Part shown: one piece after another, positions 55,998-64,000 of the stretch
Layout of the letters: each line of letters opens with the position of its first letter
Numbering within the stretch: position 1 is the stretch's first letter
DNA from: Octopus sinensis
Lineage: Eukaryota
Assembly (NCBI RefSeq): GCF_006345805.1
Contig: NC_042999.1
Span: 128,154,001 to 128,218,000 of the forward strand
Direction of reading: 5' to 3'
DNA length: 64,000 nucleotides
Notes under the pieces: generated by a model
The model's input: only the letters and a program-made list of their open reading frames with translations
Databases searched by the model: none
What the model was told of the DNA's origin: nothing
Made by a program: the position numbers and the translations under genes

Positions 55998-56392
55998 TCT
56001 TTTACTTGTTTCAGTCATTTGACTGTGACCATGCTGGAGCACCACCTTTAGTCGAGCAAATCGACCCCAGGACTTATTCTTTGTAAGCCTAGTACTTATT
56101 CTATCGGTCTCTTTTGCCGAACCACTAAGTTACAGGGACGTAAACACACCAGCATTGGTTGTCAAGTGATGTTGGGGTGACAAACACAAACACACAAACA
56201 TACACACACACACGCATATATATACATATATACGACGGGCTTCTTTCAGTTTCCATCTACCAAATCCACTCACAAGGCTTTGGTTGGCCCAGGGCTATAA
56301 TAGATGACACTTGCCCAAGATGCCACACAGTGGGACTGAACCTGGAACCATGTGGTTGGTAAGCAAGCTACTTACTACACAGCCACTCCTAC
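55998..56392 (-). mobile_element. Full-length family A SINE in the last SLC5A7 intron
   Basis: Reverse complement of the 14779-15162 consensus, from the tRNA-like head to the tcttttacttgtttcagtcatttgac tail. Confidence 0.85.
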
Positions 56393-56601
56393 ACCAAATG
56401 ACCTAAACTTGCAAACTTCTCTTTGTGAATTTCACTGGTAAGCATTACTGCCAGTTGGCTCAAACTCTAGTGTCTTATGAGATGAAATTGAATCAAGTAC
56501 ATAGACACAAAATAGATTCAAGCATCAAATTTTAAGCTTACAAACCATAAACCTTACACACTAAGAGACCTGAAAGAAGTCAATACAAAAAAATTACTTA
56601 C

Positions 56602-56813
56602 TTTTTGGCGAAAGATTAGCTTATATACATTCCGAGCAAACATGGAAGCTGCTGAAAGAATAGAAGAATCTGCTGAAGACATGACGGCAGCAGATATAGC
56701 TCCTAAACCGAAAAATGAAACGAAATCAGGACACATATACTGCAAACAGAGAGGCAAGACAAGTTTTAAGTTCTTTCCTTCTGGAGCTTGTCCGTATTCA
56801 GTCTGGTTCCAGT
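56602..56813 (-). CDS. SLC5A7: Choline transporter exon (DWNQTEYG...[39 protein letters not shown])
   Basis: Near-invariant SLC5A7 segment [14 protein letters not shown]. ttttcag acceptor, gtaagt donor, phase 1-0. Confidence 0.97.
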
Positions 56814-56944
56814 CTGAAAAGAAAGAAAACATATTTAAGACATTAAGAACATGACATATACATACATGCATGCATATATAAACACACATACACATACATG
56901 TATGCATGCATACATACATATACACATGCACACATACATACATG

Positions 56945-57176
56945 GTGAATTAATGTGGAACTTACAGCTCTGGTACCCTGACTATGAATTCTCATTTGTA
57001 CCTATCATCACAGGTGCATTAGGCTATGTACCAATAAAATTTGCACAAAACCTAGAAATACCCAGTTTCATGGAAAAAGAGCAAAAAAAAAAAAAAATCT
57101 GACGCAGATTCTCCTAATCCAATCTGTTAGTGGCACAGTGAAGATTTGTAAAACATTCCAAAAATTCTCCATCTGA
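56945..57176 (+). mobile_element. 3' end of an RLE-type (R4/NeSL-like) non-LTR retrotransposon
   Basis: [29 protein letters not shown] and, after a poly-A frameshift, IQSVSGTVKICKTFQKFSI*. These resemble the VPxxxGALG...GTxKI end of restriction-like endonuclease elements. Confidence 0.55.
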
Positions 57177-58017
57177 GATTCTTATGTGAATAGATGCACA
57201 CACTTGGGTGTACGCATCTATAGTTCAACCAATGCACCAACTCAACCGCATATTTACATATTTCTTAACTAAAAGTTTTGTTGTTTTGTTAGTGAATGGC
57301 TTGAACTCTCTCTCAAAAAGAACCTAAATTAAACATACATACACACACATATATGTATTTATGCAACAAAGATTAATAAAGCTATAATAAGTATCATACA
57401 CCATAAATTTTTGATTCATTAAAATTATTTCTGCTTAGAGAGAAAGTAAAGCAGTTACCTCCAAATAAGAATAGGAGATTATTTCAAGAATCAAAATATT
57501 TCCAAAATTGATATGCCATCAAAGAAAGGCATTCTGATTGTCTATTGACATAAAAAAACAGCTGTGGACATGTGTTTCTGTCTCAATAGATGTCCTCAGC
57601 TCAGCAGTTGCACTAACTTATTTCCAACAGATGACATACTTATATATATAAGTACAAACATGTAAGAGAAAATAATCAATTAATGTAGGAGAATATATTC
57701 CTCCTATCAAGAATTAAGTGCCAGTGTTTAGATGATCGTTGACAAAAAATAGATATAGTTCTGAAAGGGCAAGAAGCTTCAAATCACTTTGATAACAAGG
57801 AAGTTTAAATGTCAGAAATTGTCAACAGTTTTAAAGTTATTGAATGTAAGCTTCCTTGTTCCCATTCAAATCTTCTTGGATTAGATGTGATATGTATATT
57901 CTATACATATCACATAATCAAATTGTTGTTTAGCCCATGGCAGCCTTAATCAAGCAGACCTCTAATTAAAAGTCGTTCATATACAGGCTATCTCATTTCA
58001 TCTTTTTTACAGATACA

Positions 58018-58240
58018 TCATCATCATCATCATCATCATCATTTAACGTCCATCTTCCATGCTAGCATGGGTGGGACAGTTCCGCATAAGCTGGCCAGGT
58101 TGAAGCCTGCACCAGACTTCTGTGACTGTTTTGGCAGGATTTTTACAGCTGGATACACTTCCTAATGCCAACCACTCAGCAGATTGGTCTTAGTGCTTTT
58201 TACATAGCACAAGCACAGGCTAGGTGAGTAGTGCTTTTTC
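58018..58240 (-). mobile_element. Short RTE 3'-tail copy in an SLC5A7 intron
   Basis: (cat)n-ttaacgtccatcttccatgctagcatggg...ctggat-cttcctaatgccaaccactc matches 18989-19155. Confidence 0.75.
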
Positions 58241-59034
58241 CCAGCAGGTAACACACATATATAAGTACAAATATGTAAGAGAAAACACTCAATTAATGTA
58301 GGAGAATACATTCTTCCAATCCATTCTGTCTAAAATGATATTATCTAATGTCTTTCATTTTTTAAGATGACAGAGTACAATTTGAACGAGATTTAGCCGC
58401 TAATTCTAGTAGATGCTCGCTATGGTCCTGGGTTTCAGGGACTTTCTAAATGACTTTTTAGTCTTTCAGACTTTTTAGAGGAGAAAGAAATTCATGTGTT
58501 TTTGATGACACTTGTTCAGAACAAAGCCACCCTGAATCAATGAAATGAACCCTATCACGTTTATTTATTGACAGCAGCCACAACATACATAGATCAGAAT
58601 TAGGACCCTAAACCCATGAGGCCCCTGGACAACAGCCCAGTATGCCTACGCCTCAAAACAGACCTGGCTAAGGATTGTCTTGGTTGAAAAGATTTAAAGA
58701 CATTATGATGTAATATAAAAGATATTATTATATTTGGGGATGGGCATATTTTACCAATTAAACATGCATACTACAAATTTGGCTTTCACTTCAGCTTTAT
58801 TACTATTATTTTAGTTTCTTTTCTGTCACACATTCTGAGGAGACACATGGCATAGAGAGTTACTGAAGAGGTCACAGAATGTGTGACCATCCCCAAATGT
58901 AACAATATCTGTTTCAACACACGATTTTTCATCAAGAATTTTGTAAAAACAAATACATAAAAGGTATGTTTTATTAGATAACATTAATATATTAAAACGT
59001 TCCTTTGTGCAACTTTGTGAAACATTTGTTTTAC

Positions 59035-59164
59035 CTGTGGAGGCAGCAACAGCACCAAAGAGGATAGCAGGGAGAGCCATAATGATGCATCCAAAAGCTG
59101 CAATATATGACAGCATTTTTGCTTTAAATGCTGACTTGGATGATAGTACACGTTGGAAATAAGC
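59035..59164 (-). CDS. SLC5A7: Choline transporter exon ([43 protein letters not shown])
   Basis: AYFQRVLSS and AAFGC motifs. ttccag acceptor, gtaaaa donor, 130 nt, phase 0-1. Confidence 0.96.
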
Positions 59165-59443
59165 CTGGAAAACAAGAAGGTAAATAGATGTTAATTACAG
59201 TAAGTTTCATGAAGAAGGTAAGATTTTTTCATTCAAGTTTTTTTAAAAAACATTTATGATCACTTTATCAATAATATAAACAAGATAAAAACTAAGAGAA
59301 AGAGAGAGAGAGAGTGAAGGAGAGGCAGAGAATGTATTTTCTTGTTAAAATTATAAAAACAAACGGTGTTCAATGATTGACTTCAAGCTAGAATCAAAGC
59401 TTGGACAATACTAACTGAGAGAATGTTAAGTCATACTGTTATA

Positions 59444-60675
59444 TTGGGTTGGCAAGAAAGTAATTTCGATTTTTTAGTGTGAAATAAAAGTCATTTTTCT
59501 TCTTACAAAGAATGAACTTTAATCAATTATATATTTTCCATTTTGTTTGATGAACTTTCACCATCTTTCTGGCAACTTCTTGATTCCACACACATAGAAC
59601 TTCTTGTCCTCATTATCAAAAAAACTGAAGCAAGTGTGGTTTCAGGTCATCATCATTATTCAAAGTTTTACCATTCAAAGAATTTTACAAACTTCGAAAT
59701 AAATGGTAATCTGGGAGCTATAAGATAGATGTGACATCACTTCCCAACCAAGCTCCAATAATTTTTCATGAGTTAGCAAAGATGCATGTGATCTAGCATT
59801 GTCACGGAGGAACACAATTCCTTCCTGATTTGCCCTGATTTGCCTATTCAGCCTATTTTTCTTTGATTGCTTCCTCCAGTTTCATTAGTTGTTGATAGTA
59901 AATATCTGAATTGATCATTTGGTTCCTTGGAAGCAGTTCAAAATACACAAAACCTTTGTAATCCCACCAAAATTGACAGCATGACCTTTTTTGATGCAAT
60001 TCAGCTTTCAATCTGGTTTGTGCTGGTCCACTACACTTGGAATATGATCGTTTTTGATTGATGTTATTGTAGACAATCCATTTTTTTATTACCAGCGATG
60101 ATGCATTTAAAAAAGAAAGTTGATTTCATTGCATTTGGGATGCATATCACAAATATTGATTCGTGTTAAGTGAACCTCTTTCAATTTATGTGGAACCCAT
60201 ATATTGACCTTCTTAACGAGTCCAAGACATTTTAAGTGATTTTCAGTTGTTGTGTGTGATACATTTAACCTCTCTGTAATCTCTTACACAGTTATGACAA
60301 TCAGATTCAATTACGGCTTTGATTCGGTCATCATCAACTTCAGTAGGTTGACCAGAACTTTGGTCATCTTTGAGTGAAAAATCGCCAGAACGGGATTTTT
60401 TAATCTATTTCTGACATGTGTGTTCTGTTAAGCAATCAACACCATAAACTTCACATATCTCTTTGTGAGCCTCAGCAGCTTTTTTGTCTTTATGGAAATA
60501 AAAAAGCAAAATATGGCGAAAATGATCGTTTTTGCATTCCATGTTATAATTAACACTGAAATAAAAATTACACACAATATACTTCTAAAGTAGACTAAAA
60601 GTAACAGCTATCAAATATCAGAAGGAAAAAAATCATAACATTGCAGAAAATGAAATTGCTTTCTTGCCAACCCAA
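59444..60675 (-). mobile_element. Full-length but inactivated mariner (1232 bp) in an SLC5A7 intron
   Basis: 24-bp TIRs TTGGGTTGGCAAGAAAGYAATTTC with one mismatch and TA duplication. WVPH-like and ELGWEVMSH fragments on the - strand. Confidence 0.9.
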
Positions 60676-60887
60676 TATATTATTGAAAATATTTTTGACA
60701 AAGTTTGTGGTTTAAGTTTTGCTTGGAGTAAAAACTATTATTGCATCTATTGCCTCATGCTTGCACAGGAAACAGCAGAGGAAAAGTATCTATGTTAAAT
60801 AAAGTACAAGTGGTCAAATATTTTCAGTCATTTGCACTGGTAAAACACGCAGAGAACCATTGGATATCTTTTTGAAATATAATTGTT

Positions 60888-61092
60888 TGATAAAGCAGTA
60901 TTATTCACAAATAACTATGATGGGACTGTGTCTGATAAGGTGCTGTTATATTTGACAAAGCACCATCATTCACAAATGTCTGATAATGTGCTAGTATTTA
61001 CAAATATATGATAAAGATGCTCTTATTCACAAATGTCTGTTAAGGTGATATTATTTATAAGTGTCTGGTAAAAAAATGCTATTATTCAAAAT
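60888..61092. repeat. Degenerate ~28-bp minisatellite (tgataaggtgctattattcacaaatgtc-like)
   Basis: At least five recognisable units, e.g. tgataaagatgctcttattcacaaatgtc and tgttaaggtgatattatttataagtgtc. Confidence 0.7.
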
Positions 61093-61163
61093 TTTATTTT
61101 TTTGCAGTGAAAATAAAAAAAAATATAAATGTATAATTAAAATGAAAATAGAAGTTATCTTAC

Positions 61164-61316
61164 CTGCCAAGGAATTCCTCCAAATATCAGTAAGAGATAG
61201 CTGTCAGTATAACTGCCAATATATTTGGCATCAACACCTTTAATCCAGTTAGTTGTGGCATTAATTGCAATGTTGTGAGCTGCTTTATGGGTCATGGCAA
61301 AAGGAAGAGAAATCCA
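61164..61316 (-). CDS. SLC5A7: Choline transporter exon (WISLPFAMTH...DSYLLLIFGGIPWQ)
   Basis: WISxPFA and GGIPWQ motifs. tttacag acceptor, gtaaga donor, 153 nt, phase 0-0. Confidence 0.96.
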
Positions 61317-61433
61317 CTGTAAAAAAGAGACAAATTTTAATTAGCTATTTCTGTCATCTCTTTAAAAGAAAGGTCTTGGTGTTAAGTCCTAAACTCTTCT
61401 GTATTTTTTTTTTTAAATATATCTTCCAGATAA

Positions 61434-61606
61434 GGTGGTGAGCTGGCAGAATCAGTAACATACAAGACAAAATCCTTAGAAACATTTAACCTGGCTTTAC
61501 ATTCTAAGTTCAAATTTCACCAAGGTTAGCTTTGACTTTCACCCTTTCAGGGTCGATAAAATAAGAATCAGTCAATTGCTGGCCTTTTTACCAAAATTTG
61601 AAACCA
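61434..61606 (+). mobile_element. SINE family C with Nin/Deu-like domain (also 378-480, 8540-8730, 10955-11150, 11175-11350 +; 32250-32400, 32610-32900, 39985-40160 -)
   Basis: ggtgagctggcagaat head and tttcaccctttcagggtcgataaaataag core resembling the Nin/Deu SINE domain, with a ctggcctt...aaaatttgaaacca tail. Confidence 0.75.
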
Positions 61607-62622
61607 CTATATCTTTCAGATAAATCAACGGAAACATCTGTCTAGAAGTTCATGGATACTTGCACAAGAAACTGGAATAGATACAGTGAGACATTTCAAT
61701 CTGATACCTTAACCATAAACTGATGTATTCTCCAAACAAAGAAGCACACAGCCATATCATACAGAAAACATCAGTTCTCATCCGATCATCAAAGTTAAGT
61801 ATGTTTTTTTTTGGCTGCTTTTGCAGATTCCTATAATTTTCTGTTGCCATCCAATTCCTCTGCTCAGTATCAATGTAAGAAGCACTGTTGGCTCAGTTGG
61901 ATTCTGCTATTTCTTCACAATCTGCCATGTTGCGATCCAATGACATTGTATCCCTGGCAGGCTGGCCAAATGGGTGCTATACCTTGCCAAACAGCAACCC
62001 ATAACTATGCAGGGCATGGTCATTATTCTGTGAGGTGTTTTCAAAATACCTACATACCCAGTACTTAAATGAGTACTTGAGAAACTCAGGTGCTGTAAGT
62101 ATCTAGTTTGAATTGCTGATTCAATATTATAACTAATTATAATATTATAATACCATTGCTTAGCTTTTGGTTGCCTTTAGTGGAGTCCACTTTGTTACAG
62201 GCATTTGAAGCAAGTTTTATAATAAAGTCTGATAATGACTTCTTCCTTTCCTCCAACTATTTAAGAAGCCCTGAACAGAGCTATTGTTCCTAATCTTCCC
62301 ACCCTGACTGATCTGTTAAAGAAAATAGTGATACTGTGTGCAATCTCATTGCATCTCAAATTAGAAGATATTTCTTCCTTAAAGAGAGGCAGCTTCTGGA
62401 ATGGAGGATATAATTCAGACTCAAAGGTAGATTCAGCCATTTGAGGAAGAGAGAACAATAAAATGAACATCGAATTAAATACTGAAATCAACATAATGAC
62501 TCAAAACCTTTAAAAGCAATCACTGAATTATGGCTCTAGCATGACCATAACCCAGTGAATAAAAACCAAATAATGATAAAAGGAATAAACTCAGTAATCA
62601 AAAGAATCATATGTTCACTTAC

Positions 62623-62771
62623 CAGGCCCAAAAAGATGAAAAACAGTTGGAGCACATCTGTATAGGCGACTGAATAGAGTCCACCAAAAAGTGTGTAGAA
62701 TATGGCAATACAAGCTGAGACAATGATGGATATGTTTGTATCAAGCTCAAGAATTACTGCCAAAGTGGCAC
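62623..62771 (-). CDS. SLC5A7: Choline transporter exon (GATLAVILE...[23 protein letters not shown]); upstream exons lie beyond the window
   Basis: [14 protein letters not shown]-family signature. cttcag acceptor, gtaagt donor, 149 nt, phase 1-0. Confidence 0.96.
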
Positions 62772-63239
62772 CTGAAGTAAAAAGAAGGAACAAAAATATT
62801 ATATGTAATGTCTCTAATAACTTAATTCTTCTTTCGTTTTGAAAAAAAAATTTTTATCATTTGATCTTGAAGGAATAACTAGAAATACATTTCTATTTTA
62901 CAGATTTATTTACAACATTTGAAATTATGATATATGTTTAGAGTATGGAATATACATTCATGATTGCATATACAATACACTCACATACATGCATTTGCAT
63001 ATATATATATATATATAGTTGAAATTTACAAAAACAAAAGATGAAGACAGGTGTATAAACAACAAACAGGTGTATTAGTTTAACACTCAGGAGGGTGAGA
63101 AAGTCTTTTATGTTTCAAGCCTATGCTCTTCAACAGAAAGGAACATGAGGAAATAAACAGAGAAAATAAAAAAAAGGTTTAGTGGCTAGCGATTAATCAT
63201 GGCGGCTGGCTGGACAAAGGTAGTTAGACAGGAGAGCTA

Positions 63240-63780
63240 GGAAGAAGGGGAGATAATAAAGTATTGGTGATCCCAAAATGAAGATGTGTGTGCATGTGTA
63301 TGTGAGAGTGTGTAAGTGTGAGCATGTGGATAGGGGCTGATGACTTTGATATGTGGATGTGTGTGTGTGTGTGCATCTGTAATGTGTGGGTGTGTGGATA
63401 ATGGTGTGGGTGCTGGAAAGTGATCAGTGCTAGTGTGTGGGGGTGGTGTGATGTGGTGTTGGGATGTGGGGGTGCGAGGGTGGGGTGTGGGGATGCGAGG
63501 GTGAGGTGTAGGGATGTGAGGGTAGGGTATGGGTTTGGATTTGGGGTGAGAATGTGGAGGTAGGGTGGGGTATGTGGGAGTGGGTTAGGGTTGGGGGTGG
63601 GGTGGGATGGAAGGGTATCAATGAAGGGAGAAGGTGGGTGGGACTGAAGAGAGGAGGTAGATGTCAGGGCAAGAGAGGAGAGGAGAGGTGGGTAGGAGTG
63701 AAGAGAGGAAGTAGGTGTGAGATGAAGAGAGGAGAGGAGGGGAGTCAGATGAAGAGGTGAGGGGAGGGGAGTTGAGCCCT
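63240..63780 (+). other. G/purine-rich strand-asymmetric tract with G-quadruplex potential
   Basis: About 20 runs of three or more G between 63439 and 63615. C is scarce on the + strand. Confidence 0.75.
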
Positions 63781-64000
63781 TGTGGGGCAATGGAATGAAG
63801 AGACTTATAATGTGATATTATAAGTTTGATACTGTTCTCATCAAATTCTGAATTGTTCATCAATTCTGAGAGAAACTTGAAGCTTTTCACAATCTGCTCA
63901 TATGGGTCCATCCTTGCTTACCTGGATTATCAAGCATTCAGAGACTTGATTTAGAACTTCTATCCTAAATTTTCCATCCCTTTCAAAGAAGCTCTATCAC

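Noticed and set aside
63582-63595. gggttagggtt as an interstitial telomere
   Set aside because: Only one full TTAGGG unit inside a G-rich tract.
63618-63911. 97-aa - strand ORF or the donor at ~63920 as an SLC5A7 exon
   Set aside because: No similarity to the expected upstream CHT1 sequence (...IFWAAAILSALG), and the required phase contains a stop.

Overview
This is AT-rich, microsatellite-dense eukaryotic genomic DNA. The repeat style and SINE content suggest an octopus/cephalopod, but that is inference. Two intron-containing genes point towards each other. On the + strand are the last six coding exons (544-11538) of an ELAPOR/KIAA1324 (UPF0577)-like type I membrane protein. On the - strand are the last five coding exons (62771-53951) of a high-affinity choline transporter (SLC5A7/CHT1). 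The 5' parts of both genes lie outside the window. The introns and the ~42 kb between the genes hold a young, 5'-truncated RTE-clade LINE (18989-22296), older RTE and RLE-type remnants, three DD34D-type mariners, a DD37D element, Helitron and piggyBac-like non-autonomous elements, and many tRNA-derived SINEs. No rRNA, intact tRNA, CRISPR array or prokaryotic system is supported. The best leads are a spaced array of a conserved TTATTGCTTTTTGAATA motif (40.7-41.8 kb), two long fold-back hairpins, a candidate alternative C-terminal exon of the ELAPOR-like gene, a phase-consistent microexon chain that could be an unannotated small gene (27.6-38.5 kb), a perfect COE/EBF site downstream of the choline transporter, a PHD finger inside the LINE ORF, and a 0.9 kb tandem duplication bounded by (TA)n. 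All were found by eye and need computational or RNA evidence. Most SINE and repeat boundaries are approximate.
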